Positions 42,787 to 53,685 of a stretch of DNA of 64,000 nucleotides are shown here, piece after piece (position 1 is the stretch's first letter; every line of letters starts with the position of its first letter). This DNA comes from Escherichia coli (GTDB taxonomy: Bacteria > Pseudomonadota > Gammaproteobacteria > Enterobacterales > Enterobacteriaceae). The notes under the pieces were generated by a model. It was not told where the DNA came from. It made no database searches and was given only the letters and a program-made list of their open reading frames with translations. Position numbers and translations under genes: made by a program. The stretch lies in the NCBI RefSeq assembly GCF_050320075.1, contig NZ_CP190018.1; one strand, given 5' to 3'.

Positions 42787-43710
42787 ATGGAAAAAAATAG
42801 TCTGTTTAGTCAGCGCATCCGTTTGCGCCACCTTCATACATTCGTAGCTGTCGCACAACAAGGAACTTTGGGGCGCGCGGCTGAAACCCTTAATTTGAGT
42901 CAACCTGCGCTCTCTAAAACATTGAATGAACTGGAGCAACTGACGGGCGCTCGCTTGTTTGAGCGTGGTCGTCAGGGGGCGCAACTTACCTTACCCGGCG
43001 AACAATTTTTAACGCATGCAGTCAGAGTTCTTGACGCCATCAACACTGCCGGACAGTCGCTTCATCGTAAAGAAGGTCTTAATAATGATGTCGTCAGGGT
43101 TGGTGCACTACCTACTGCGGCACTGGGGATATTACCTTCGGTTATAGGTCAGTTTCATCAGCAACAAAAAGAAACGACCTTGCAAGTTGCGACAATGAGT
43201 AACCCTATGATTCTGGCGGGTTTGAAAACCGGGGAAATCGATATCGGCATTGGTCGGATGTCAGATCCTGAACTGATGACCGGGCTTAATTACGAACTGC
43301 TGTTTCTTGAATCGCTGAAGCTGGTTGTCCGCCCCAATCATCCGCTACTTCAGGAGAACGTAACGCTAAGCCGGGTGCTGGAATGGCCGGTCGTTGTATC
43401 ACCAGAAGGCACTGCGCCACGCCAGCATTCAGATGCATTAGTGCAGAGCCAGGGATGTAAAATTCCTTCGGGTTGTATCGAAACGCTGTCTGCTTCGCTA
43501 TCTCGTCAACTTACGGTTGAATACGACTACGTGTGGTTTGTCCCTTCTGGCGCGGTAAAAGACGACCTGCGTCATGCCACGCTGGTGGCCCTGCCTGTTC
43601 CGGGACATGGTGCAGGCGAACCGATTGGAATACTGACCCGCGTAGATGCAACGTTCTCTTCTGGTTGCCAGTTGATGATTAACGCTATTCGAAAATCAAT
43701 GCCGTTCTGA
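42787..43710 (+). CDS. ydcI: LysR-family transcriptional regulator
   Basis: 307 aa from MEKNSLFSQRIRLRHLHTF; LysR N-terminal helix-turn-helix. Confidence 0.85.
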   Translation: MEKNSLFSQRIRLRHLHTFVAVAQQGTLGRAAETLNLSQPALSKTLNELEQLTGARLFERGRQGAQLTLPGEQFLTHAVRVLDAINTAGQSLHRKEGLNNDVVRVGALPTAALGILPSVIGQFHQQQKETTLQVATMSNPMILAGLKTGEIDIGIGRMSDPELMTGLNYELLFLESLKLVVRPNHPLLQENVTLSRVLEWPVVVSPEGTAPRQHSDALVQSQGCKIPSGCIETLSASLSRQLTVEYDYVWFVPSGAVKDDLRHATLVALPVPGHGAGEPIGILTRVDATFSSGCQLMINAIRKSMPF

Positions 43711-43748
43711 AAGGTGAAGGGATCTGTCGATCCCTTCCTTGAACATTT

Positions 43749-45389
43749 TCACACCGTAGCGAAACTAACTTGTTCACCCGCTCCGCGAGGTTCTGCCAAC
43801 ACAGAATGTTTGTTCAGACGGAATACGTCCACCGCCTCAGTTAATCGTGCCGCCTGTTCTTCAAGGGACACCGCCGCCGCTGAGGCCTCTTCTACCAGAG
43901 AAGCATTCTGTTGCGTCACCTTATCCATTTCAGAAATCGCCTGGCTAACCTGAGTTATGCCTCTGCTTTGTTCATCCGAGGCAGCGGCGATTTCCTGCAT
44001 GATATGTGTGACACTCGCGACGGCATCAACAATAGTGCTCATGGTTTTCCCTGCCATTGCCACCTCATCCGACCCCAGGTCAATTAACCTGACTGATTCA
44101 CTGATCAAGCCTTCAATCTCTTTCGCCGCCTGAGCGCTGCGGCTTGCGAGTGTCCGTACTTCGCTGGCGACAACGGCAAATCCACGCCCTTGCTCACCCG
44201 CTCGCGCGGCTTCAACGGCAGCATTCAGTGCCAGAATATTCGTCTGGAAAGCAATACTGTTGATGACGGCGGTGATCTCAGAAATTTTCTTCGAACTCGT
44301 GGAGATAGCGCCCATCGTTTTTACTACACCGGAAACCGTCTGCCCGCCATCGCTGGCTTTAATAGAAGCCTCTTGCGCCAGTTTGCTGGCATGATGCGCG
44401 TTATCCGCATTCTGTTTCACCGTCGCAGTAAGTTGCTCCATGCTGGCGGCAGTTTGTTCGATAGCCGCCGCTTGTTCTTCGGTGCGAGATGACAGGTCCG
44501 CATTGCCAGCTGAAATTTCGCTGGTGCCACGATAAATCTCTTCCGCACCCTGTCGAACAGTCCCTACTGTCATCCCCAGTGAATGCTGCATTTGCTGTAA
44601 ATGACGACTTAAGCGACCGATTTCATTACGACCCGCCGGTTCATCATTCATCGTCAGATCGCCACTGGCGATTTTTTCAATCCGTTGTGCGGCATGTTGC
44701 AGTGGACGAATGACGATCCGACGTAGCACTATAAATGTTATCAGCGTCATGACCAGGGCAAGCACAAACGCGCCAATCATGAACATCCCACCCAGGCGGG
44801 TGCGCTGATGGGCCAGTTCCGCCAGTTGGTTGGCTCTGGCGCTACGTATCTTAACGGCTTTGCTCAAAATATCGGTATAAGCATTATCCAGCGGTCGGAT
44901 CTGCTCACTTTCATGATTGATAATCGCTTCAAACATGCCATTTTTGGCATATTTCAACATCGGTTGCATACCCGTGATATAAGCCTGGAAGCGTTGATTT
45001 AATTCAGTGTCGAGGGCTTCATCAGCAGGTGTTTTCACCGACCGATTCTGATAAGCACGATAACCTTGCTGCGACTGTTTAATCTCCGATTCGGCTTGCG
45101 CAATATTTCGCTTCATTGCTTCCATTTCAGCAATACGACTCGCAGCACCAGCCTGAATCATATTGATCCGGGCTGAACGCAAAAAATCTGAACTGTTCGC
45201 TAACCCGGTCCGAATCTCAATCTCCGCAGTAACATCACGCTGATCGCGATCGGCCTGCCAAAGGAAATAGCCGGCCAGGGCTGAACTTAATGCGAATAGA
45301 ACTAAGATACCGCCAAGAATGCAGGCAAATAACGGAACCAGCCTGATGTGATGCAAAAAACCTAATCGCTGTGAGGGAGTTGTATTCAT
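43749..45389 (-). CDS. trg: methyl-accepting chemotaxis protein III (ribose/galactose sensor)
   Basis: 546 aa; two transmembrane segments, HAMP domain, MCP signalling domain with methylation sites. Confidence 0.9.
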   Translation of the reverse strand: MNTTPSQRLGFLHHIRLVPLFACILGGILVLFALSSALAGYFLWQADRDQRDVTAEIEIRTGLANSSDFLRSARINMIQAGAASRIAEMEAMKRNIAQAESEIKQSQQGYRAYQNRSVKTPADEALDTELNQRFQAYITGMQPMLKYAKNGMFEAIINHESEQIRPLDNAYTDILSKAVKIRSARANQLAELAHQRTRLGGMFMIGAFVLALVMTLITFIVLRRIVIRPLQHAAQRIEKIASGDLTMNDEPAGRNEIGRLSRHLQQMQHSLGMTVGTVRQGAEEIYRGTSEISAGNADLSSRTEEQAAAIEQTAASMEQLTATVKQNADNAHHASKLAQEASIKASDGGQTVSGVVKTMGAISTSSKKISEITAVINSIAFQTNILALNAAVEAARAGEQGRGFAVVASEVRTLASRSAQAAKEIEGLISESVRLIDLGSDEVAMAGKTMSTIVDAVASVTHIMQEIAAASDEQSRGITQVSQAISEMDKVTQQNASLVEEASAAAVSLEEQAARLTEAVDVFRLNKHSVLAEPRGAGEQVSFATV

Positions 45390-45764
45390 TACCGTTGTCT
45401 CTCTTCCAGGTTTACTCCTGATAGAAAGTCATCGGCACTTGACGGTAATTTCTTACGACCAAAAACCTCTTTGCGTCACATTTTTACAACAATTATGGCA
45501 GAGAAGAATAATGCCATTGGAATGAAGAGAGTAACGAATGATTAAACTGGCTAAACCGAATGACGAAAAATTCTGGAAAACAGCACGCAATTTCGTGAAG
45601 TGATTATTTTCGTCCCTAAGGAAACCTCATAGGATGCCTGCGGGTGCCTGAGACTTTCTGTTTTCAGGCTAACCGGGAATCAGAAAGACGAAGGCCCCGA
45701 CCGATATTTCTATCAACTGTACTGCACCCATTTTGTTGGACGATGAAATGGAATAGCCCCTAAT

Positions 45765-46286
45765 ATGTCAAAGCCAAAATACCCTTTTGAAAAGCGCCTT
45801 GAAGTCGTGAATCACTACTTCACAACTGATGATGGTTACAGGATCATCTCGGCACGTTTTGGTGTCCCCCGAACCCAGGTCAGGACATGGGTTGCCCTCT
45901 ATGAAAAACATGGAGAAAAAGGTTTAATTCCCAAACCTAAAGGCGTTAGTGCTGATCCAGAGTTGCGTATTAAGGTCGTGAAAGCTGTGATCGAGCAGCA
46001 CATGTCCCTTAATCAGGCTGCTGCTCACTTTATGCTTGCTGGTAGTGGTTCTGTAGCCAGGTGGCTGAAGGTCTATGAAGAGCGCGGAGAAGCTGGTTTA
46101 CGCGCGCTCAAGATTGGCACCAAAAGAAACATTGCAATATCAGTTGATCCAGAAAAAGCGGCATCAGCATTGGAGCTGTCAAAAGACCGACGCATTGAGG
46201 ATCTTGAAAGGCAAGTTCGATTTCTTGAAACGCGGCTTATGTATCTAAAAAAGCTGAAAGCCTTAGCTCATCCCACGAAAAAGTAA
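45765..46286 (+). CDS. insJ: IS150 OrfA (InsJ), helix-turn-helix DNA-binding protein
   Basis: 173 aa MSKPKYPFEKRLEVVNHYF. Confidence 0.85.
   Translation: MSKPKYPFEKRLEVVNHYFTTDDGYRIISARFGVPRTQVRTWVALYEKHGEKGLIPKPKGVSADPELRIKVVKAVIEQHMSLNQAAAHFMLAGSGSVARWLKVYEERGEAGLRALKIGTKRNIAISVDPEKAASALELSKDRRIEDLERQVRFLETRLMYLKKLKALAHPTKK
46277..46283 (+). other. putative programmed -1 ribosomal frameshift site (A AAA AAG) joining orfA to orfB
   Basis: Slippery heptamer at the orfA/orfB overlap, as in IS3-family elements. Confidence 0.5.
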
Positions 46287-47134
46287 AAGTACTCAACGAG
46301 CTAAGGCAGTTTTATCCTCTTGATGAGCTTCTCAGGGCTGCGGAGATACCGCGCAGTACGTTTTATTACCATCTAAAGGCTCTCAGCAAGCCTGACAAGT
46401 ATGCGGACGTTAAAAAGCGTATTGGTGAGATTTATCACGAGAATAGAGGCCGATACGGATACCGTAGGGTAACGCTGTCTCTTCATCGAGAAGGGAAACA
46501 GATTAACCATAAAGCTGTTCAGCGCCTGATGGGAACCCTCTCACTTAAAGCAGCGATTAAGGTCAAGCGATACCGCTCTTACAGAGGAGAGGTAGGGCAA
46601 ACCGCCCCTAATGTTCTCCAAAGAGATTTCAAGGCTACGCGGCCAAACGAGAAGTGGGTTACCGATGTTACTGAATTTGTAGTCAATGGGCGCAAGCTGT
46701 ATTTGTCTCCAGTAATAGATCTCTTCAACAACGAAGTTATTTCTTACAGCCTTTCGGAAAGACCAGTGATGAACATGGTTGAGAATATGCTCGATCAGGC
46801 ATTCAAAAAGCTTAATCCTCACGAGCATCCTGTTCTGCACTCTGACCAGGGATGGCAGTATCGTATGAGAAGATATCAAAATATCCTTAAAGAACATGGT
46901 ATTAAACAAAGCATGTCCAGAAAAGGCAATTGTCTGGATAATGCTGTGGTGGAGTGTTTCTTTGGAACCTTAAAGTCGGAGTGTTTTTATCTTGATGAGT
47001 TCAGTAATATAAGCGAACTGAAGGATGCTGTTACGGAATATATTGAATACTACAACAGCAGAAGAATTAGCCTGAAATTAAAAGGTCTGACTCCAATTGA
47101 ATATCGGAATCAGACCTATATGCCTCGTGTTTAA
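46283..47134 (+). CDS. insK: IS150 OrfB (InsK), DDE transposase catalytic domain, expressed as an OrfAB fusion by frameshift
   Basis: Frame open from about 46268; DDE integrase-like sequence. Confidence 0.75.
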   Translation, partial: VKVLNELRQFYPLDELLRAAEIPRSTFYYHLKALSKPDKYADVKKRIGEIYHENRGRYGYRRVTLSLHREGKQINHKAVQRLMGTLSLKAAIKVKRYRSYRGEVGQTAPNVLQRDFKATRPNEKWVTDVTEFVVNGRKLYLSPVIDLFNNEVISYSLSERPVMNMVENMLDQAFKKLNPHEHPVLHSDQGWQYRMRRYQNILKEHGIKQSMSRKGNCLDNAVVECFFGTLKSECFYLDEFSNISELKDAVTEYIEYYNSRRISLKLKGLTPIEYRNQTYMPRV

Positions 47135-47175
47135 CTGTCCAACTTTTTGGGGTCAGTACAAACCGAGGCCAACGA

Positions 47176-47383
<208 letters not shown>

Positions 47384-47454
47384 GGGCAAGCGCGGGGATT
47401 TTCCCCGCGCATCTGACTAGCAGATTCATTTTCTCATGGCACCCCTTTTACACT

Positions 47455-47628
47455 TCAGTTAGTGCATGTTTTTTTCGATGCACTAATAGAACCATCATTA
47501 CAGACAAATTTGCCGCCTGCCGTACAGTGTGAGATCCCCCCTTTCGAACCAGAACAGGGTTTGCGCCCGGCATCGGCATAAAAGGAAACAAGCGTTCCCA
47601 TAAACAAGATAAGTGCCAGTTTTTTCAT
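47455..47628 (-). CDS. ydcA: small secreted cysteine-rich protein YdcA (57 aa)
   Basis: MKKLALILFMGTLVSFYADAGRKPCSGSKGG; GGAGG Shine-Dalgarno; not in the ORF track (too short). Confidence 0.65.
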   Translation of the reverse strand: MKKLALILFMGTLVSFYADAGRKPCSGSKGGISHCTAGGKFVCNDGSISASKKTCTN

Positions 47629-47798
47629 ATAACCTCCATGGTTTATCGAATCTTATGTTCGATTTGAACGTTATACGCTGGTTTATTTTGATACCGTTGA
47701 TGAGATCAAAGATCGGGCGAATTGATTAAAGATAAGCCAGATGGACGTATGGATAAGGATTATGGTTTTATTTGTCATACAAATAAATATAATAGGCG

Positions 47799-47862
47799 CT
47801 TCCGATGTAGACCCGTATTCTTCGCCTGTACCACGGGTCGGTTTTAGTACAGGCGTTTTCTT
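47799..47862 (+). ncRNA. rydC: RydC small RNA (Hfq-dependent, pseudoknot), approximate ends
   Basis: cybB-ydcA intergenic location; CTTCCGATGTAGACCCGTATTC...; hairpin CCTGTAC/GTACAGG with T-run; TATAAT-like -10 box upstream. Confidence 0.55.
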
Positions 47863-47872
47863 TAAATATCCT

Positions 47873-48403
47873 TCAGGAACGTTTACGCGGCATCATGCGT
47901 AGAAGTGTGTTGTCCTTCCAGAAATAGTGGTGTGCCAGTGCAGCCGCAGCGTGCAACCCGATGACAAAATATCCCAGATTCGCCAGCATTTCATGCCACG
48001 ACTTTAAGCTATCAACCCGTTCGAAATTGGCCTCTGATGCATAAGGCATCGTCAAACCAAACGCAAACCACGGGTTGCCTCGGTTATACATCATCACCAA
48101 ACCAATCACTGGCAGCGCAATAAACAGGAGATAAATCACCAAATGTCCCAAATGCGCCAGTCCCGTCATCATCGGTTTTGGCTTAGGTATAATCGGCGGG
48201 GTTGGGTATTTCAGCCTTAACAAAAGACGAACGACCATCAGCACGAGAATTGATATGCCACAGGAAACATGAATCATGTTGATGAGTGGCCGATCGCTAC
48301 GTGGGAAGAACCCCCGAAACTCCATTGCGCAATACGCTGCAATAACCAGCAAAAAGACCAGCCAGTGAATGCTGATTTGTAACCTTGAGTATTTATTTTC
48401 CAT
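47873..48403 (-). CDS. cybB: cytochrome b561
   Basis: 176 aa from MENKYSRLQISIHW; four-helix membrane protein with conserved His residues. Confidence 0.85.
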   Translation of the reverse strand: MENKYSRLQISIHWLVFLLVIAAYCAMEFRGFFPRSDRPLINMIHVSCGISILVLMVVRLLLRLKYPTPPIIPKPKPMMTGLAHLGHLVIYLLFIALPVIGLVMMYNRGNPWFAFGLTMPYASEANFERVDSLKSWHEMLANLGYFVIGLHAAAALAHHYFWKDNTLLRMMPRKRS

Positions 48404-48591
48404 AACATTTCCTGCTTTAACATAATTTTCCGTTAACATAACGGGCTTTTCTTAAAATTTCATTAAATATTGTTCACCCGTTTTCAGTACGTTACGTTTC
48501 ACGGCAAGAATGTAGATTGCCCATCCCGCCATCCTGGTCTAAGCCTGGAAAGGATCAATTTTCATCCGAACGTTCCTGACAGGAGAAGACC

Positions 48592-49593
48592 ATGAGTAAA
48601 GTTGGTATTAACGGTTTTGGTCGTATCGGTCGACTGGTGTTGCGTCGATTACTTGAAGTCAAAAGCAACATAGACATTGTCGCTATTAATGATCTCACTT
48701 CCCCAAAAATTCTCGCCTACCTGCTGAAACATGATTCAAACTATGGACCGTTCCCCTGGAGCGTTGATTTTACGGAAGATTCACTTATCGTTGATGGGAA
48801 AAGTATCGCGGTTTACGCCGAAAAAGAGGCTAAAAATATTCCGTGGAAAGCGAAAGGGGCAGAAATTATTGTCGAATGTACTGGCTTTTATACCTCCGCC
48901 GAGAAATCGCAGGCGCATCTTGATGCTGGTGCGAAGAAGGTGTTGATTTCCGCCCCTGCCGGTGAAATGAAAACTATCGTTTATAACGTCAATGACGACA
49001 CTCTGGATGGCAACGACACCATTGTTTCCGTGGCGTCATGCACCACTAACTGCCTTGCGCCGATGGCCAAAGCCTTGCACGACAGTTTCGGAATAGAAGT
49101 CGGCACGATGACGACCATTCATGCCTATACCGGCACTCAGTCACTGGTGGATGGCCCGCGTGGTAAAGATTTACGTGCTTCACGCGCAGCGGCAGAAAAT
49201 ATCATTCCCCACACTACGGGGGCGGCAAAAGCCATTGGTCTGGTGATCCCAGAACTGAGCGGCAAACTGAAAGGTCATGCGCAACGCGTGCCGGTGAAAA
49301 CAGGTTCCGTCACTGAACTGGTATCGATTCTCGGAAAAAAAGTGACTGCCGAAGAGGTGAATAACGCACTTAAACAAGCAACCACCAATAACGAGTCATT
49401 TGGTTATACCGATGAAGAAATAGTCTCTTCCGATATCATTGGCAGCCATTTCGGTTCGGTGTTTGATGCCACGCAAACCGAAATTACCGCCGTGGGCGAT
49501 TTACAACTGGTGAAAACGGTCGCCTGGTACGATAACGAATATGGCTTCGTCACGCAGCTTATTCGCACCCTCGAAAAATTCGCTAAACTCTGA
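48592..49593 (+). CDS. gapC: glyceraldehyde-3-phosphate dehydrogenase C, intact 333-aa reading frame
   Basis: NAD motif NGFGRIGR; catalytic SCTTNC. Confidence 0.85.
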   Translation: MSKVGINGFGRIGRLVLRRLLEVKSNIDIVAINDLTSPKILAYLLKHDSNYGPFPWSVDFTEDSLIVDGKSIAVYAEKEAKNIPWKAKGAEIIVECTGFYTSAEKSQAHLDAGAKKVLISAPAGEMKTIVYNVNDDTLDGNDTIVSVASCTTNCLAPMAKALHDSFGIEVGTMTTIHAYTGTQSLVDGPRGKDLRASRAAAENIIPHTTGAAKAIGLVIPELSGKLKGHAQRVPVKTGSVTELVSILGKKVTAEEVNNALKQATTNNESFGYTDEEIVSSDIIGSHFGSVFDATQTEITAVGDLQLVKTVAWYDNEYGFVTQLIRTLEKFAKL

Positions 49594-49634
49594 CGCGCAC
49601 AGGCGGAGGAAAAAACCTCCGCCTCTTTCACTCA

Positions 49635-51074
49635 TTAAGACTGTAAATAAACCACCTGGGTCTGCAGATATTCATGCAGGCCATGTTTACCATCTGCGCC
49701 GCCAATACCGGATTTACGCCATCCGGCGTGGAAGCCTTGCATAGCTTCGAAGTTTTCACGGTTGATGTAAGTTTCACCAAACTTCAGCCCTTTAATGGCT
49801 TTCATCGCGACGTTCAGATTTTGGGTATAGATTGATGAGGTCAGGCCGTAATCACTGTCATTCGCCATTGCGATAGCATCTTCCAGCGTGTCAAATGCGA
49901 CCACTGGCAGAACCGGGCCAAAGGTTTCCTCATGCATAATCGACATTTCCTGGCGAACATCCAGCAGCAATGTCGGCGGATAATAATATCCTTTCCCCTC
50001 TACCGCTTTGCCACCCAACGCCACTCTCGCCCCTTCTTCTACTGCGCGCGCCACTTTTTGCTCGACCCTTTCCAGCGCCGCGGCGTTAATCAACGGCCCC
50101 ATCGCAATGTCGTTGCGTTCTGCGGGGTTACCAAATTGAACCGCCTGCAACGCTTCACCCAGCCGATTGACGAACTGATCATAAATGCCTTTCTGTACAT
50201 AAACACGTTCTGCACAGTTACACACTTGCCCACTATTAATGACGCGTGAATCAACGATGGCTTTGACTGCCAGTTCAAGATCGGCATCGTCCATTACGAT
50301 AGCTGGTGCTTTACCCCCCAATTCCAGGCACACTTTGGTGATGTTTTTCGCCGCAGTCGCCATGATCTTTTCACCTGCAGAGACGCTGCCTGTCATACTG
50401 ACCATTGCGACCTTTGGGTTACCCGCCAGTTCTTGCCCAACGGTTTCACCACGCCCCAGAACAAGGTTAAACACGCCGCGCGGAAGGCCTATTTCATCGA
50501 CGATTTTGGCGAATGCAATCGCATTGTTTGGCGTAAATTCACTGGGTTTAATGACAATGGTATTACCAGTCAAAAGAGCGGGAGCCATTTTGCGGGCAAT
50601 GAGGAAGAACGGGAAGTTCCACGGCAGAATGCCGGTAGTCACACCAAGCGCACGTTTAAACAGAAGAATATTTTCTCCTGGACGATCGCTTTGAATAATC
50701 TCGCCCTCGTAACGCCGTGCCCACTCCGCCATGTAATCGATATAGTCCGCAGTAAAAGCCACTTCGACTTCAGCCAGCTGCTGGATCTTGCCCCCTTCTT
50801 CAACAATCAGCGCACTGATTTCACTGGCGCGTTCGCGGATCCCGACGGAGATTTTGCGCAACCAACTGGCGCGTTCAATAGCAGGCAACGCTTCCCATTC
50901 TGGTTGTGCACGTTCTGCTGCATCGATTGCCTTACGGGCATCCTCGGCCTGACCATCGGGAATGCGGGAAATGACAGCCTCTGTAGCAGGGTTTACCACA
51001 TCAATCCATGCGTCTCCACGCCAGGTAACAAACTGTCCATCAATATACATAGGATGTTGAACGGGTACTGACAT
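49635..51074 (-). CDS. aldA: lactaldehyde dehydrogenase
   Basis: 479 aa; ALDH motifs ELGGKAP and QVCNCAERV. Confidence 0.9.
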   Translation of the reverse strand: MSVPVQHPMYIDGQFVTWRGDAWIDVVNPATEAVISRIPDGQAEDARKAIDAAERAQPEWEALPAIERASWLRKISVGIRERASEISALIVEEGGKIQQLAEVEVAFTADYIDYMAEWARRYEGEIIQSDRPGENILLFKRALGVTTGILPWNFPFFLIARKMAPALLTGNTIVIKPSEFTPNNAIAFAKIVDEIGLPRGVFNLVLGRGETVGQELAGNPKVAMVSMTGSVSAGEKIMATAAKNITKVCLELGGKAPAIVMDDADLELAVKAIVDSRVINSGQVCNCAERVYVQKGIYDQFVNRLGEALQAVQFGNPAERNDIAMGPLINAAALERVEQKVARAVEEGARVALGGKAVEGKGYYYPPTLLLDVRQEMSIMHEETFGPVLPVVAFDTLEDAIAMANDSDYGLTSSIYTQNLNVAMKAIKGLKFGETYINRENFEAMQGFHAGWRKSGIGGADGKHGLHEYLQTQVVYLQS

Positions 51075-51270
51075 GAGCGGCTCCTGTGATTTATATGTTT
51101 GTTTTTGGTAAATACATTGTTAATTAACATCAATCATCAGAGAGACGGCATCATGAAAGGACAATTCTGTGAAGGGCTTCATAAAAACAAGTGTAAAAGG
51201 AATAAGAGGCAGAAATAAAAGGCAGGAGTTATGCCCGTTTGCAAACAAGTGGTTCACAAACGGGCAATTT

Positions 51271-52071
51271 TTAACGTAACGAGCGACTTTCCATCGCCTC
51301 GATGAGCACCGCATCGTGTTTCAGCGTTTGCCATGCATGGATGACTTCTGCCGGAAAATCAACGTGAACGATAAAATCTCGCCCGCGGGGACCGTAGCCA
51401 TCGCTATCATCGCGTAAACGCGGCAGCTCGCCAGTGAGTAGTGAGAGATAACGCTCAACCGGCCATAATCCTTGCAACGGATTAACAAAGATTACACTGT
51501 CTGCGTTGTTTCCTAGCTGAGGAACGAATCCGGGATAACTTAACCAGCGAGGTGCATCTGGATTGTCCCCGGTCATACGGCGGAACGTCGCCATCGTGCG
51601 CCGCTGCATGGTGGGGTCCTGAACAACGATAGCCGTATGAACTCGTTCTACGGCCTGATTCAATAGCGCGATGCTAAAGCGTGCGTTTTCACCGCAGTTT
51701 GTTGACTGGTCTTCAATCCAGATTTTTTCATGCGGAATATGCCAGAACTGATGAGCGATATCCGCCAGGATGGTGGCTTCTGCTCTGCCAGTGGTGCGGA
51801 TAGTGTTGTAGTGCGGATGCTGTGCGATAGCGCTATACAAAAAAGTTGTCGAGTGACCGATACCACCACTAATCAGTAGAGGAATTTGCTGATCGCGGGC
51901 AATCTTACATGCCGCATCGATAGTCGGCATAACCGCATTGCCTGCAAGGATCACGCAATCGGCCTGATACGGCATCTCACCGGAGAAATCATCCTGCGCC
52001 AGCCACTGTCCGATAACATTTATGGCATCTATAGTTGCCGTCGAAAGCGTCGGAAACGGGGTAATGTTCAT
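51271..52071 (-). CDS. ydcF: DUF218-domain protein YdcF
   Basis: 266 aa. Confidence 0.8.
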   Translation of the reverse strand: MNITPFPTLSTATIDAINVIGQWLAQDDFSGEMPYQADCVILAGNAVMPTIDAACKIARDQQIPLLISGGIGHSTTFLYSAIAQHPHYNTIRTTGRAEATILADIAHQFWHIPHEKIWIEDQSTNCGENARFSIALLNQAVERVHTAIVVQDPTMQRRTMATFRRMTGDNPDAPRWLSYPGFVPQLGNNADSVIFVNPLQGLWPVERYLSLLTGELPRLRDDSDGYGPRGRDFIVHVDFPAEVIHAWQTLKHDAVLIEAMESRSLR

Positions 52072-52186
52072 GGTTCCTCCTTATCGTTCCCTTAAGAATA
52101 CTGCGTGAGATAATAATGAGAAGCGGAGCACTCTGAAAGGAAGATGATGCTTTTTCTACCTCGCCATCGCGAACCAGACACTGGTT

Positions 52187-52564
52187 TTAGTCATACTGTA
52201 TTTGCGGAGAAACTGTTGATAAAACATCAATAACATCATTTGACGTGGCAATGACATAATGCTCGATCACATTATTTTTATAAATTTCACAACTTTGCAT
52301 AGTAAACCATGCAAAGTAGGCGGAATTCACTACTCTATAGATCCCCGTTTGGTTAATACCGTGAATTCCTGACATTCCTAACAAATCACCTTCGTCAGTA
52401 ACACGAAATGAATGTATCCAGTCAAATGATAACTTAACTTCTGACTTGATCGCCGGACATATGAGGGTAAGTTCAAGCCTGGCATTTTTATAGCTTAAAT
52501 CTGATAGTTCGGCATTTTTAAAAGACAATGAAGTCGGAGTGATATTTATAAAACATTCATCCAT
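52187..52564 (-). CDS. hypothetical small protein (125 aa), AT-rich islet gene C
   Basis: Uninterrupted ORF co-directional with the two genes upstream; no recognisable family. Confidence 0.5.
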   Translation of the reverse strand: MDECFINITPTSLSFKNAELSDLSYKNARLELTLICPAIKSEVKLSFDWIHSFRVTDEGDLLGMSGIHGINQTGIYRVVNSAYFAWFTMQSCEIYKNNVIEHYVIATSNDVIDVLSTVSPQIQYD

Positions 52565-52683
52565 GTTAATACCCCTTCATATATGAGACTGCTCTCGATA
52601 GACGACACATTAACCTTCTGCAAAAACGGTGCGAGTCTGTTTACGTACCATGTATAATCGATGGACATTACTGTGATTTGAAA

Positions 52684-53142
52684 TTACCTTGTCCAGTCAT
52701 CAACCATTTTTTTCAGGGGGAACATCTGCAATACATTCATTAATGCGAAATATAATTCCCCCTGTGGCACCCATATTCTAATCTTCTCATCCCCTAAAAT
52801 GAAAAATTGCAATTGACGTTTGAAACCTAATGTTTTATCTTCAGGTAATTCAGCTTGTATTTTTTTATTGATATCATCAAGGTAGATGTGATGACAATAC
52901 TCATCAAACATACTCATTACTTCCAGACCGTTTACAGATGTCCATCTTTGTTCACTTTCCCAATAAACAAGAACCGGTTTGCGGCAGGTATATCTGCCTA
53001 AAAAGCGCTGAATGTGTTCTTCCTGATTCTCGTAAAATATTGCCTCTGCATTCGAGATTTGCCGACGCATTCGCCAGCGGATTTTTTCTTCATAAAAAGA
53101 CAATTTGTCGCATTTGGTATTACTCAAATTCATTGTCAACAA
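52684..53142 (-). CDS. hypothetical small protein (about 150 aa), AT-rich islet gene B; start uncertain
   Basis: Uninterrupted ORF; overlaps the end of islet gene A. Confidence 0.5.
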   Translation of the reverse strand: MLTMNLSNTKCDKLSFYEEKIRWRMRRQISNAEAIFYENQEEHIQRFLGRYTCRKPVLVYWESEQRWTSVNGLEVMSMFDEYCHHIYLDDINKKIQAELPEDKTLGFKRQLQFFILGDEKIRIWVPQGELYFALMNVLQMFPLKKMVDDWTR

Positions 53143-53512
53143 CTCGCATGGTTTTAAATATAAAATTTAAAAAACCGCCAAACAAATGAAGTGAAATTTC
53201 ATACTTCTTTGCCTTATAAACAATTACCGCATCTTTAATATTACCTGCATTTTGGTTATCTATAAGTTCAGCAATATCCATAACCTGCGATAAATGTTCC
53301 ACTCCCGTAAACTCGAACCTTTTTCGTTCCCTTCCGGCTGTAAATTCATCAACATAAAGTTCTGCCGTCAATATAAAATTATACTCGGTGTGGTGACATT
53401 CCATTCTGGTTTCTACTAAAACACCATCATGCCAGATAATATTGTCTAAATTTTTCATACTATTAATCCAATCCATTACTTTCTGATAAAATTTCCTCTG
53501 GAAGTTTTTCAT
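53120..53512 (-). CDS. hypothetical small protein (130 aa), AT-rich islet gene A
   Basis: Uninterrupted ORF; first gene of the three-gene islet. Confidence 0.5.
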   Translation of the reverse strand: MKNFQRKFYQKVMDWINSMKNLDNIIWHDGVLVETRMECHHTEYNFILTAELYVDEFTAGRERKRFEFTGVEHLSQVMDIAELIDNQNAGNIKDAVIVYKAKKYEISLHLFGGFLNFIFKTMRVVDNEFE

Positions 53513-53685
53513 AGAAAGAGATTAAAGCCTGACCGACGCAATCAAGCTCTATTATTCGCTCATAATACGATCTCATTAAAATATCATGCTTACTCATTGC
53601 AATACGTCCTGTTTACCATGGGCAGAGTATGAATGTAACTTATGTAAAATAGTACCGCCCTTGCTATTTTTCAGAATTCATAAAG

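Larger units (their letters stand above)
45718..47160 (+). mobile_element. IS150 (IS3 family), 1443 bp, flanked by a 3-bp direct duplication AAC
   Basis: Terminal inverted repeats TGTACTGCACCC (left) and GGGTCAGTACA (right); AAC at 45715..45717 and 47161..47163; orfA and orfB inside. Confidence 0.85.
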
